This document shows positions 40,166-53,448 of a stretch of DNA of 63,206 nt, in pieces. Position 1 is the stretch's first letter. Each line of letters opens with the position of its first letter. The stretch lies in contig NC_068984.1 of the NCBI RefSeq assembly GCF_001194135.2, positions 61,108,068-61,171,273 of the forward strand, given 5' to 3'. The stretch is from Octopus bimaculoides. Its lineage: Eukaryota. Made by a program: the position numbers and the translations under genes. The notes below the pieces were generated by a model. The model was not told the origin of the DNA. It searched no databases and saw only the letters and a program-made list of their open reading frames with translations.

Positions 40166-41309
40166 GTCTGTGTGTGTGTGTGTCTCTGTGTCTGTCTGTC
40201 TGTGTAGATGTCTATTTATCAGTCTGTCAATATATGTATATAACTATGTATGTCGGAGTATGTGTGTATTAGTGTATTTGTGCATGTGTGTATATATGTG
40301 TGTGTGCGTCCGCGCGCGTGCGTGTGTTTGTACGCGCGTGAGTGTGTCAGAGAATGCAACAATTAATGCAACATGTGAAGTCGCCAGGTGAAGCACAGCG
40401 AATGCATATGGGCGTTGAAACTTGTAGCTTTGTAATAGATGCATTGTGAGAAATGAAGCGCGGAATGTAACTCCAGTCATCTCAAATCAAATACTTCTCT
40501 CCTGATGAGATATCTATCCTTGTGCATATGATCGATAAAAGTGGAATATGAAGTACCATAATATATTTACAATCATTTAACTATCTTATCGTATTGAACA
40601 TAATATATGCATATTATGTAACTGTATTATTCTACCAGGCATTTCTCGAATATTGATCTCTTAGAGGTTCAATCATATCTAATCACCATGGCACCTTTTC
40701 TATTCTAGCTCACTTCAATCATCACTGTCGCTGTATTTATTAAAATACTGTTAAAACACTACACTTAACCTCTATTTCAGGTGCCGAAAATTAAGCGGAA
40801 TGGTAATATCTTTTATTGATCCTGTTCGATTTCGCACGTTTACGCGTACGCTCACACACATATATGCACACACATATATTGACAGGCCTGTGCAGATACA
40901 CAACTATATAATGTATGCTTATTCTGCAAGTCTAGGTGATGTTGCACGCATATATGCATACATATACCTAATTAATAAATATGGTACTCACATTTCGTAA
41001 AAAAAGTATTTGTCTGAAGTGAATCAGTGTGATAGAAAAGTATTAATTTAAACTGTTATATTATTCATTATACAGGGGATACAATTACAAGGGAGTGGCA
41101 ACAATGAGTACACTGCTTACATACACATGTACCCACAAAACACACATACATAGATATATCCATGTACATATAACAAATACATAGAGTTAACAGATAAGAT
41201 CGTGAAAATCTCTATATAGAAAACACTAGAGCTCAAAAGAATTCAGCTTACACTCCGAAGTATTCACAGGTATACACACATACATACAAACATATATTCT
41301 TTTATTCTG

Positions 41310-41448
41310 TTATTCTTTTACTTGATTTAGTCATTTGACTGCGGCCATGGTGGAGCACCACCTTTAGTCGAACAAATCGACTCCAGGACTAATTCTTTGT
41401 AAGTCTAGTACTTATTCTATCGGCCTTTTTGCCGAACCGCTAATTTAC
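41310..41448 (-). mobile_element. SINE tail C
   Basis: ttagtcatttgactgcggccatggtggagcacc...ttattctatcgg..ttttgccgaaccgctaa. Confidence 0.85.
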
Positions 41449-41449
41449 T

Positions 41450-41890
41450 TGGAGAATGGAGCAACAAATACAAGAAAAAGCATTTTTGTTGGACTAGATA
41501 GCCGTTGGTTTATTATGTGGAGCTTGTGAAATGAGTCAGTGTGAAGGTTTAGGTTATGTAATGAGTCATTTTGTATATTATGTCTTAGTCACTTACGTAC
41601 GTTTCGATGCAGCCAGTAGTTTGGCCGATCTCTTCGAAGTTTGTGGTGTGCGAAATGTAGGAGAAGTAATTATTGGGTGTAATATATGTGGTGGTGTGAT
41701 AGTGGTGATAGGTAAATAGAGCCTTACGTTTTAGTTGTTGCGTTGGTCTTCTTGTAAGGGGATATAGGGTGGGTGCTATTTAAGAACATTGTTCCAGTTT
41801 TAGTCAAGTGCATCTCCACGTGATGTTTGTGATTGCTGGATGCGCTGTGTTTTTATAGCACCGGCGGTGTTAGTACAGTGAAGCAACCCT
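41450..41890 (-). mobile_element. Probable Penelope-like 3' end/pLTR with a decayed hammerhead at 41592-41640
   Basis: Minus strand CTTCGAAGA-GATCGGCCA..TGGCTGCATC-GAAA-CGTACGT. The upstream translation EMHLTKTGTMFLN resembles a GIY-YIG C-terminus. Confidence 0.5.
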
Positions 41891-42716
41891 NNNNNNNNNN
41901 NNNNNNNNNNNNNNNNNNNNNNNNNNNNNNNNNNNNNNNNNNNNNNNNNNNNNNNNNNNNNNNNNNNNNNNNNNNNNNNNNNNNNNNNNNNNNNNNNNNN
42001 NNNNNNNNNNNNNNNNNNNNNNNNNNNNNNNNNNNNNNNNNNNNNNNNNNNNNNNNNNNNNNNNNNNNNNNNNNNNNNNNNNNNNNNNNNNNNNNNNNNN
42101 NNNNNNNNNNNNNNNNNNNNNNNNNNNNNNNNNNNNNNNNNNNNNNNNNNNNNNNNNNNNNNNNNNNNNNNNNNNNNNNNNNNNNNNNNNNNNNNNNNNN
42201 NNNNNNNNNNNNNNNNNNNNNNNNNNNNNNNNNNNNNNNNNNNNNNNNNNNNNNNNNNNNNNNNNNNNNNNNNNNNNNNNNNNNNNNNNNNNNNNNNNNN
42301 NNNNNNNNNNNNNNNNNNNNNNNNNNNNNNNNNNNNNNNNNNNNNNNNNNNNNNNNNNNNNNNNNNNNNNNNNNNNNNNNNNNNNNNNNNNNNNNNNNNN
42401 NNNNNNNNNNNNNNNNNNNNNNNNNNNNNNNNNNNNNNNNNNNNNNNNNNNNNNNNNNNNNNNNNNNNNNNNNNNNNNNNNNNNNNNNNNNNNNNNNNNN
42501 NNNNNNNNNNNNNNNNNNNNNNNNNNNNNNNNNNNNNNNNNNNNNNNNNNNNNNNNNNNNNNNNNNNNNNNNNNNNNNNNNNNNNNNNNNNNNNNNNNNN
42601 NNNNNNNNNNNNNNNNNNNNNNNNNNNNNNNNNNNNNNNNNNNNNNNNNNNNNNNNNNNNNNNNNNNNNNNNNNNNNNNNNNNNNNNNNNNNNNNNNNNN
42701 NNNNNNNNNNNNNNNN

Positions 42717-44056
42717 TATATTCAACATGATGTGTCGATTCCTTTATTTTTAATGACTTCAGCACGTCTCCATTCACAGGATTTGACCAATTTCTCACAT
42801 TGTTCTGATGTAATTTTATTTAATTTTCCTGACGTTTTTCTCACAAAATTGTAACATTCGCAGCTCAGTGATCTGTGATTTTATCAGCAAGTATTTTTCA
42901 TAAGTTTTCAGTGCGGCTAAGATCAAGACTCTGAGTTGGCCAATGCATCACAGTAAGGTTTTCAGCTTCAAACACCTTCTTAACTATTTTATCACTGTGA
43001 CATGGCACGTTATCCTTCATAAATATTGGCTGACGAGTTGGAGATGACTTCAAAGCTTGCACAACATGCTGCAGATTGATGTTTTTATATATTGCTGCAT
43101 TCACCTTACCATGGATCTAGATCAAAGGTGCAGCACATGCTTCAGAAATTATTCCCTATACAATTAAACCCCACCTCCAAGCTTCACTGAATTCTTCACG
43201 CACTTAGGGCACAATCTTTCACTTTTACGACATCTCAAGTATTGTCTACCATCGGAGTCAACCAAACTGAATTTTCTTTCAACGCTGAAGAACACGTGCA
43301 ATTAGTTGTTGTCCGTCCAAAGTATGAGTACATTGGCAAAGGCTAACCTCACTCTTCGGTTCTGCACACCGATGAGAAGTTTAATGGTGGGGGAAAGGGC
43401 ATAAAGTCCAACTTACTTCAAATGACAAGCCACAGTCTTCCGAGACATTCATTTCATAATCACGATTTACTTAGCAAGAAATTCCTGCAGCAGTACTACA
43501 AAGATCTTATAATGACAGCCTCTGAATCACACGATGTAACCGAACTCTTGTGTTGCGTGGTCTGCCTCAATTTTCTAGTGACATAAATGAGATTGTTTCT
43601 TCATGAAGCTTGTGTGTTCTTGAAACATTTTTTGACCTGTTAACGTCTCTGGCAACAGAAGAAATTGTCATTCCTTCTATTTTCAATGCGACCACTCTCT
43701 TCCTGGGGTTTTCATCAGCTTTATGTCAGCTTTCCATGGTTGTTAATTCACTACTGTTCAATAAAGAAATTTCGTACTGTTAGTTGAACTTAGTTTATAT
43801 CGGTCGGAGTCTTGCCAGATTTTTAAAAAAAATTTTACAGCATACATTCTCTAATTTTGTCAATCTTGTAGTTTTCAAATAACCATTTGCTCTATTATAA
43901 GTTTTTTTTAGTTGTTAATCACTTGCTACAAAATTTATCGTAAATAACGAACATGCTATAAAGTATATGCAATAAAAACCCCATTCGGAAAAATGAAGTA
44001 GATATGTAGACATCTTTAGATTTTATTTTCGATCTCTAACTTTGGCCACTAGTGTA
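42717..44056 (-). mobile_element. Degenerate Tc1-like (DD34E) DNA transposon
   Basis: IHGKVNAAIYKNI..PIFMKDNVPCH..WPTQSLDLSRTENL. The 5' terminus TA-CACTAGTGGCCAAA is at 44056-44041 and the other end is lost in the gap. Confidence 0.88.
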
Positions 44057-44414
44057 TATTTGTCAACACTTTCTCTCCCTCTCCTTCTATACACATTTCC
44101 GCCGCTCATCCTACCTTTGGCCTGTTAATTATAAATTGTAAATTTGGCTTCGATCCTCATGTAGAAAAATCTTTATTGACCCTCAGAAACAATTTCCCTT
44201 CCTCTTTTACTTTTTCTCTCAATGTCTTCAATTCTGTCGCATTCTATCTCTCTCAAGTTCGTGATGTATTTTTACATGCTTTCTTTTTATTTCTTTACAC
44301 AGAAGATTTTAATATACTTATCCTTATACCCGTTCATATAACACGTATCCTTATAAACACACACACACACACATACATACATACATACATACATACATAC
44401 ATACATAAACACAT

Positions 44415-44990
44415 AGCAGCTGTCCTAAAATGTCGTCACGTTACTATCTCCCTATGCCGCAACATGTTGCTAAAACAATTTGCAATACCATCCGCAAAAA
44501 AGACTGTCCTGAAATAAACTTAGAAAATCCCTCTGCTATGGAATACATTCATAAAGATCAACTGAAAGAATACTTTGTGAAATATTCCCATCCAAAGTCT
44601 ATCAAATGTGAACATAACAGGCCGGATATTGTTGTTTGGGACAGAGGGGCAAAGGTATGCACCGTCTTAGAGGTCGGCTGCCCTGCAGATAGAAATATCA
44701 CGTTGAAAATCAAAGAAAAAGAGGATATCTGTATCCAGAATATGAATTCATATTCATACCAATAATAATTGAAGCACTAAGTTTTGTTTGTAAATGCATA
44801 AAGGAGAATCTGGATAAACTGGGATTTTCAGAAAGAGAAATCGACCGGCTAATTCGTACATTACAAGTGTAATCTGTGAATGCAACAGTAAACATATGCA
44901 AGACTTTTCTCAAGTTCCAAATGTGAATTTGTCTTTGTTAACTACATCCCAAAGAAGGTGCCTTGTATCTTTGTTGGCAAGCTGCTCCAT
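44415..44990 (+). mobile_element. RLE non-LTR retrotransposon 3' end (third family)
   Basis: YYLPMPQHVAKTI; CEHNRPDIVVWDRGAKVCTVLEVGCPAD..KEKED; IPIIIEALSFV..LDKLG..TVNICKTFLKF. Confidence 0.8.
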
Positions 44991-45075
44991 CCTCAGGCGA
45001 AGACTTATAATAATTAAAAGATAGAAGAGACATACATACCATGCATACATAAATACATACATACACACACATAGA

Positions 45076-45107
<32 letters not shown>

Positions 45108-45839
45108 NNNNNNNNNNNNNNNNNNNNNNNNNNNNNNNNNNNNNNNNNNNNNNNNNNNNNNNNNNNNNNNNNNNNNNNNNNNNNNNNNNNNNNNNNNNNN
45201 NNNNNNNNNNNNNNNNNNNNNNNNNNNNNNNNNNNNNNNNNNNNNNNNNNNNNNNNNNNNNNNNNNNNNNNNNNNNNNNNNNNNNNNNNNNNNNNNNNNN
45301 NNNNNNNNNNNNNNNNNNNNNNNNNNNNNNNNNNNNNNNNNNNNNNNNNNNNNNNNNNNNNNNNNNNNNNNNNNNNNNNNNNNNNNNNNNNNNNNNNNNN
45401 NNNNNNNNNNNNNNNNNNNNNNNNNNNNNNNNNAAACAAGACACTGCATACAGTCCTACCGATTACATTGGAGCTACTTTTCAAAATGCCTCAGCTCCGG
45501 CGCGCAATAATTCCGGAAACAATTCTGCAGAGAATAATTCACTGCAGTATGTGCTGCTGGTTGGAGAACATAACTATTTAAATTATTATTTATATAGATA
45601 GGGTGATAGATTGAATATTAATTCAATTTAAGACCAAGTGGCTTAGAATGTAAGAAATCTGAAAATTCAGAACAAATTGTATTAAAATTTTTCTGGAGAA
45701 CATCATTTTTCTTTGTGGTTGGGTCGTTGATGACCACTTTCTAGCATATTGAATGTCCACCTATTGGTCATCCCTTATAAACATGTAATACAATTTTTTC
45801 TGAATTTTCAGATTTTTTATATGCTAGGCCACTAGAAAA

Positions 45840-46330
45840 GGTAATGGACGAAAGGAGGAAGACAAATATCCTCTGGGACTTTGATTTACAGACAGACAAA
45901 GTGTTAGATCACCGAAGGTCGGATGTAGTTACCTTTAGGAGGGAGAAGCACGAATGTCTAATAATCGACGTGCCAGTGCCAGGAGATCAACATATCATGA
46001 AAGAAAGAGAAAAGATTGATAAATATGGAGACCGGAGAATTGAGATCGCTAAGATGTGGCAGCTGAGTCGAGCATAAAGGTTATCCCTAATGTCATCGGA
46101 GCATTGGGTTCATTACCACCCAATCTAAAAAAAACAAACATCCGAAAACCTTAGAGAGGTACCCTACAATCTAGATGTATTGCAAAAGTCGGCGTTACTT
46201 CGTACTGCACGCATATTGCGTAAAATATTGTCTGAGGTTCTTGTTGTGACTTGACAAACAGTACAAATACCCAGCAGACACAATATCTTCAATCAACAAC
46301 TTTACGACGTTGTATATTATGTGACGTCTA
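45840..46330 (+). mobile_element. R4/Dong-like RLE 3' end followed by (TAA)n/(CTA)n
   Basis: ILWDFDLQTDKVLDHRRSDVV..CLIIDVPVPGD..EKIDKY..IAKMW; VIGALG; LQKSALLRTARILRKIL. Confidence 0.9.
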
Positions 46331-46357
46331 TAATAATTATAATAATAATAATAAAAA

Positions 46358-46410
<53 letters not shown>

Positions 46411-46930
46411 ATAATAATAATAATAATAATTGTTATTATTTTGTATGTGTATTTCGTGTGCAAGATTCTTGATGTGGATACGTGTGTTGAAAGAAATACA
46501 ATTAAACCTTGGGAGAGGCATTATGCCAGTAATAAACACACGCACTGGTTCAGTCCTTTATTAATTTATATAGTTTTTTCGTTAAATTATTCCATTGCAC
46601 TCTTGCAATCTCTTCAGTAACTTGTCTCTCCATTTCCATTTATTTTGAATGTATGATCTGGCGTTGTTTTGGCGTTGTTTCGAAACTGTTCGGTATGAGC
46701 ATGTGAGTGTGTGCAAGCTCGTATGTGTGCACGCTCATATGTGTGCACGCACTTATGGGTTCGTGTTTATATGTAAGTATGTGCGTCCATATGTATGTTT
46801 GTAACAATTTCATTTATATCAGAACAGATAGAGACTTTTTTTTTAAATTTAAATTTATTTATTTACGTTCATATTCCGCATCATATGTGTGAACAACACT
46901 TGCAACCATGGGCAATTGTAAGGCCCTCAT

Positions 46931-47818
46931 CTACGTGTATTTGGTGTTCAAAATTGGTTGCGTTTCAGTTATGAGGACCGACTCCTTTATTTTCCGCAAC
47001 GATGCGTCACCGGGGTGTCTAGACAGGATTTCTATGCTAATTCTGTCCAGTACACCACCATGTTGTTCTTTGGCATGCTGGTAGAGCACCGAGGTTTGTT
47101 TTTGATTATTATAGTCCCTCCAATGTTCGTTTACACGCTCAGCCAAACTTCTTGCCGTTTCACCTAGGTATGTCGTGTTTCTGTTTTTACACTCACCATC
47201 CATACAGCTTATTTTGTAGACCACATTTCTGGCTTTGCAGTTGGCACCAGGACTATATTTGCACACAATGCAACTCTCCTCAACACACCTTGTTCGTCTG
47301 AAGGGATATGTTTTACATATTATTGATCTAATGGATCTCCCTGGTTTTTCTATAACATTTATCCTCAACTTGGTACTTTTGAGGGTTTTTCAAAATCTGC
47401 GGGCCAGTTCTCCGTGTGGCGTGGCGTCCACAAACATTACTCCCTGGAACTTGTCGGTATTGTACCACGTGCGCTTTCTGTTTGTTTTGTCACTAATCCT
47501 TTGCAGTCTATTCCACTGTTTGTTACGGTATCTAGGTTGTGTTCCATCTGTATCTTTGACAACAATCTCCTCAAATTTCTTGTTAGCTCCTCTGTATACT
47601 CGGATTCTATCTTTCTGGCTGTATCCCGAAAACTGCATGCGATGCATGAAGTCTTGAATATGTCTTTGCCCCTCCCATGGACTGCACAAGGGGGATATGT
47701 TTTCCATTATTCTAACTAAATCGGCTATTAATATATTGATCTTCACACTGCGTGATAGAGCCGAATTCTTATGGATAACATACTTTGAAGATATAGGTTT
47801 CATGAAATAATTTAACAA
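46931..47818 (-). mobile_element. Penelope-like element (Neptune-type Cys linker + GIY-YIG), well preserved 3' part
   Basis: Two track ORFs are in frame and separated by a single TGA (47390-47392): YFMKPISS..SALS..; MFVDATPHGELARR; CVEESCIVCKYSPGANC; VVYKISC..YLGETARSLAERVNEH..RKIKESVLI..PILN. Confidence 0.93.
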
Positions 47819-48559
47819 AAAACTATATAAATTAATAAAGGACTGAATCAGTGCGTGTGTTAATTACTGGCATAATGCCTCTCCCAAGGTTTAATTGTAA
47901 TTGTTATTATTGTTATAGTGTTATTGTTATTGATATTGTTATTGTTATAGTATTATTATTACCATTCAGAGAATGTTATACTCGGTTATTTCGGCTTCAG
48001 CACTTGTGTGGTACTTATTTTAATCCAGCCAGAATGCATAAGCATAAAATCCAACTAAATACAGAGCGTCACATTATCCAGCGCTATCAATCATAATATG
48101 GATTTGTGAATTAGATACTAGCTCACATATATTTTGAAAACAGAATAGCCGAGTATATTGATCCTTTGTTTGGCTGTTGATTTGAAATTATAATAAACTT
48201 TTAACAGTGGACATAATATTTTATATCATTATACAAAGTGATACTTATAGTAATAATATTATTGATGCAATTCTACAGATATTTAGTAGTATATGATACT
48301 TCAAAAGTTATAAAAACAAGTCGGGAAAGAAAATTATCAAGATAGGCGCAAGGCCATGATTTTGATAGGAGGGTATAATAGATAAAATTTAACCCATGTC
48401 CTTGAATGGCATTTTATTTCATTGACCCTCCAAAGAAGTCAGCTCTGATGGGATTCTGACAAAAAATAAAAACCAAACACGATGATAGAATGTTAATAAA
48501 TATGGTCTTTATAGCAGATATACTACTGCTTCAGAATAATAATTGTTTGTAATTTAAGC

Positions 48560-48730
48560 ACAAAGCCAGCTATTTTCACAGGAGAAGCAGTCAGTTATAT
48601 TCACTTCAGAAGTTATGTTGGTCCTTGTTTTATCGAACCTGGAAGAATGAAAGGCAAAGCTGGCCTCAGCGTGATTGAAGCTCAAACTCGTAAACAACCC
48701 AAGGGAATTTTCTCTGATGCTGTAACGATT
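48560..48730 (-). mobile_element. SINE family A (degenerate)
   Basis: ttttatcgaacctggaagaatgaaaggcaaagctggcctcagcg. A partial copy is also present at about 48380-48450. Confidence 0.6.
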
Positions 48731-49230
48731 CTTCTATGGAAGTTAAGGGAAATGAAAACTTTGAAAACCAGATAATACCCTACGTCCTTCCGAGTTCAAC
48801 ATTGCAAAAGTGTAACAGATGAGACATCAAAAAGATAACTATTACATGCAGTAGACATTCCTTAAATGATACCCGGGGAAAGAAACATTGGGCAATTGAG
48901 TCCTAGACAGAACACTGTCTGAATGAAGAGACTAGAATACTTTCGATCGTAAGTCTATTAAGTGAGGCTAGTATGAGGTTAAAGAGCAACAAAAAGATGA
49001 AACCAGGCACATTTTATAGAAATCGAAACTATGAGAGTGAATCTTAATTAGATATCACAGCCTTGTTAGCAGTACTTGTTATCTACTATAATAATACTCA
49101 TGTGTTTTTCTCCGTCACAACATATGAATGAGAAAGGCAGGGGTGATGGTAAACTGGTAGTGGGAGCTTTTCAACTCTGTGTGAGTATATGTGTGTGTAT
49201 GTAAAAGGGAGGTATATGAATGTTTGTGTG

Positions 49231-49276
<46 letters not shown>

Positions 49277-49424
49277 ACACCTCAGCAACACAGCGGTGTA
49301 GCAAGTGATGCAGCAGAAATTTGCCTGAGCCTATCAACTGTTGATTACTACTACTACTGCTGCTGCCACCACTACCATCACTGTCACCAGCACCATTACT
49401 ACAAAGCAGCAACTACTACTACTT

Positions 49425-49483
<59 letters not shown>

Positions 49484-49534
49484 GTTGCTGGTGCTGCTGC
49501 TCATAACAACAACTAACAATAACAACGGCAAGGT

Positions 49535-49900
49535 ATGCGATAAAAAAGTCGATATAAATGAGAGATTAGCTTGGGAGGTACAGAGTTTGTCGTCGCTGGA
49601 AAAAAAAAGGCTAGTTGCAATCCCTATACATCTCGGAATATTAGGGACAGCATAGAAAAGATCTTGAGAAGACATTGAACAAATAGAGGTTGCAATATAA
49701 GTAGCGCACTTGTAGAAAACAGCACTGCTTGGAACAACCCGATTACTCCAGAAGGTGCTTGAAAAATAAGGGCTGTTACGTTAGTTCGCTGGTAGTGAAC
49801 AGCGTAATACATCTCCAGCTGTTAGAAGCTGAGTTATAGGAACTAAAACACGTTCCAAGTTATTTTGTGGGGTATCTGACCCATAGCGTACATGTTATTG
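49535..49900 (+). mobile_element. R4/Dong-like RLE extreme 3' end after (CTA)n
   Basis: ERLAWEVQSL..KRLVAIPIHLGILGT; L*KTALLGTTRLLQKVLE. Confidence 0.75.
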
Positions 49901-49949
49901 AGTTATTTTCCTAGTAGGAACAACAACAACAATAATGATAATCATTTCT

Positions 49950-50180
49950 ACTAAAGGCACAAAGCCTGAATGTTTTTTTTAGCGGGGCGGTTGTGGTGGA
50001 GGGTTGAGGGTAGTCGATTATATCGCCCCCGATGTTTCACTGGTACTTAATTTATCGACCCCGAAAGGATGAAATGCAAAGTTGACCACGGCGTAATTTG
50101 AACCCAGAACGTGCAGACAAACGAAATGCCGCTAAGCATTTTTCCCGGCGTGCTAACGATTCTGTCAGCTCGCTGCCTTA
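49950..50180 (-). mobile_element. SINE family A
   Basis: gtcgattatatcg..ttatcgaccccgaaaggatgaaatgcaaagttgacc..gcgtgctaacgattctgtcagctcgctgcc. Confidence 0.9.
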
Positions 50181-50344
50181 ATAATAGTAATGATAGAGAT
50201 AATAATAATGATAGAACATCGGGAAACGCGTAACATGGGAACAGACATGACAGGAACAAGAATCCCATTAACACTTATTAAAACACAAATCAGATCGAAA
50301 AATTGTGATAATTTTCAAGTGTCAATATATTAAGCATCATGTCA

Positions 50345-50555
50345 TTATCATGTGCTCTCCTTGCTTGGACTTTTTTTCAACCCTCGCACGACATATATCT
50401 GGGTCATCGGGAACGCATCCATTGTCTCTGGTGTGCTGATCTACATATGTTGTGTTCAGACGAACTGCTGGAAAACGGTCGTGCTTTGGCATCCATAGGT
50501 GTAAGTCACTTGTCAGCTCTTGTTTAGCTGGCCTGCAATGTTCCAATATCCCTAG
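50345..50555 (-). mobile_element. RTE-clade LINE C-terminal fragment
   Basis: EHCRPAKQELTSDLHLWMPKHDRFPAVRLNTTYVDQHTRDNG matches the RTE consensus GHC.R..E..S.L.LW.P.HG...GRP..TY.D.L..DTG. Confidence 0.7.
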
Positions 50556-53395
50556 TAAAACTAAACTAAGATACCAATAATATTTGCAAACTACATCGAT
50601 ACTGTTACAACTTATAATTAATGCATTGCAAATGTTCACACTATATAGCTGTGTGACACTACGTGTAAAGGAACAGGGCGGACGGATTACTTTCCCCTGC
50701 TCAAAATAAAATCCAGTACAATTATAAAACGCATTTAGAATAAGTTTAAAGGTGGCGTGTATATTTTGAATCTAATGTATAACAAATACAATAAATGAAA
50801 TATTTAAAATCAACATTAGGAACAAATAACTGGTGCAAAATGGAAAGCTGACATTCTAAACGAAGTTCCCTCAAGTTTCATAAAAACATCAACAGAGACA
50901 TAGACGCCGGAGCAACAACTTTCTATTCTATATGCATGTTTTCCAAAATCATTTTGTACCCAATACAAAACGAAACAATATTCTTATACATAATTTGGAA
51001 GAAAACATACAACTCGGGATCTGAATATAATGTTCAACAACAGCAGACTTGGTAGAGTAAGAGGATATACTTTTAAAGTGCAAACAGAAGAAATCAAAAC
51101 AAAACATAAAAAAGCGCAAGTCATTGACACAAATCACACATAAAAAATAAGTCCGTTAAGAACGTATATTATGCAATTAGATCCTACACGGGAAGAGAAG
51201 AAACAAAATACTATAAAATTAAAACTTAGTGCACTAAGATTACTGATCTACAAAAAACATCAAAGCTGAAAACACACAAAAATACAATAAAAAGGGATAT
51301 TGTAAAGGCGCAAACATGAACGTGCTTCAACAAAGGTGAATATAATTAACAACTCAGATACAATAGAGAGTCAATCTGTTTTGTATATGATAGTGACAGT
51401 CAAGGACAATGCTAAATCTTTGATAAGATATATAAAATACATAAAAAAGAAAACAACGGACTAGTCAACGTTTTGATAATAAGTCTTCTCAATCAGAGCT
51501 TACCTGAGGCTAAAACATCAATACTAATAACATAAAACCTAGCTTACCAACGAACGTAATGGCAAAAGCAATCCAATTTGTTCCAGAATTATATGTATTC
51601 AGAGAATCTTTAATCTTATGCCGACAAATCACATAGAACGTAGAAAAAATAGCAAGGAACATTTTGAAAAGAACAACTAAGTTTCATTGTTGTCATGAAA
51701 AGGAAGAAAAATCAAATAGTGTGATGTAAAAGAAATGGTTAAGACTCCTTAAGTACTAACGTACTGAACATATTGTAAAGGGAACAAGCAGTTCTTAATA
51801 CAGGAAACATATTGCAATAATTTCTAGAAGTTCAGCATATTTTTACTTCATGTGTATGTGGGAAATTTCACCGCTGTTACCAATTTAAGCCATTAATTGC
51901 AGCTTGTAGTTATGTATGTGGCAAATGAAATGAAATAGTGCGGCAAAATTGTCTTGTTATGGGCTTACTATACCCCTTCGATACTCTTACAACCAAAGAA
52001 AAAGCCAACATTCGGAGACACGGGAACGATTATGTATTTAAATAATTTAGTAAACATCTCCAAATTCATGCAGAGAAAAGCACGAAAATGGATAAAATAT
52101 GTAATCCAAAATAGGCATACAACAAACCTACAGAACATGTTTAATATATAAGCATATACAAAAATACGAGTAATTTTTGAAAGTTTAGTTTCAAATAAGA
52201 CTATTATCAACAACATCTCATTGATCTTCCAGTAGATTTCAAACCACTAGGATCTAAAAATGAAAAGTAACTCCGGGGATTCTTTTCTGACACTCTCGAA
52301 CAGTATGAGGTCGCATCCGAACGACACAAGCATTGAGCTGCATGACTTTATTCCCTAACAGATCTTCATCGAAATCTCTCTATAAACCACAATTAAATAC
52401 ACAAGATATTAGGAAATATTTCAAAGACAGCGAGTAGTATAAAAGTGAGATCAGTAATCCACCACTTAACGTAGATACAGTCGTGGTACTAAAAAAGACA
52501 TTTGACACATCCTTGAGATCGCAAATAAATTCACACGTATAGAAAAAAACTGTTTGAAAGAAAAGTAAGAGACATATAGTAAGAGAGTGATAAATGATTA
52601 GAAAAATGAAAACAAAATTCAAACATTTGAATGAGAAAACAAATATTAGAAGAAATGCAATCTCAAGGAGAGCCAAAAATTATGAAAAAAAGCACAGAGA
52701 TTAAGTAAAATACTTTAACAAAGCAACAAAGTGAAATGATGAAAGAATGTGAATATGTCTGAATGCAAGAAATTTTTGAAAGAAATCCAATCCAACAGCA
52801 GTAACATAAACAATCTAGAAATTGTCGAATATTATACACACTCACACACACACACACACATATATATGCATTTATGTATGTATGTGTGTGCATATCTATT
52901 GTGTACAGGGAAGTGATAAAACTATAAGAGCATAGACATTAGCAGACACATTCAAACACACACCACATATTCATAATTATCCGAGATCACTTATTCTCTG
53001 ACACGTAATCAGAAATTACCAGTTACCATGTCTATTTGAAGTGCGTCACTGTACATGTATTGGTTAACAGATGACTGTGCTGTTGTGTCTCATACGAAAG
53101 AATTTATGAAGAAGCATTGTTTCTGCTTAGATCAAGCTGGATGGTAATGTAAGTAAACAAGTCATAAAGAAGGAAACATGAAAAACAGGTGCACTCTCTC
53201 GACCGGTGCCAATCAAAGCATTTCATACACACATACATAAGCATGGAAACACAAATAAAAATAGACTTAATCTATTGAATACACACATCACTGCCTAGTC
53301 TGTCTCTCCGTCTCTGTATACATGTACGTGTGTTTATTTAATTATCAATCGGTCTGTCTGTATTTTTGGGGGGGGTGTGTGTGTGTGTGTGTGTG

Positions 53396-53448
<53 letters not shown>

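Noticed and set aside
40500-40545. CTGATGAG...GATA hammerhead-like string (a similar one near 52300)
   Set aside because: The GAAA box and stems I and III are not supportable.
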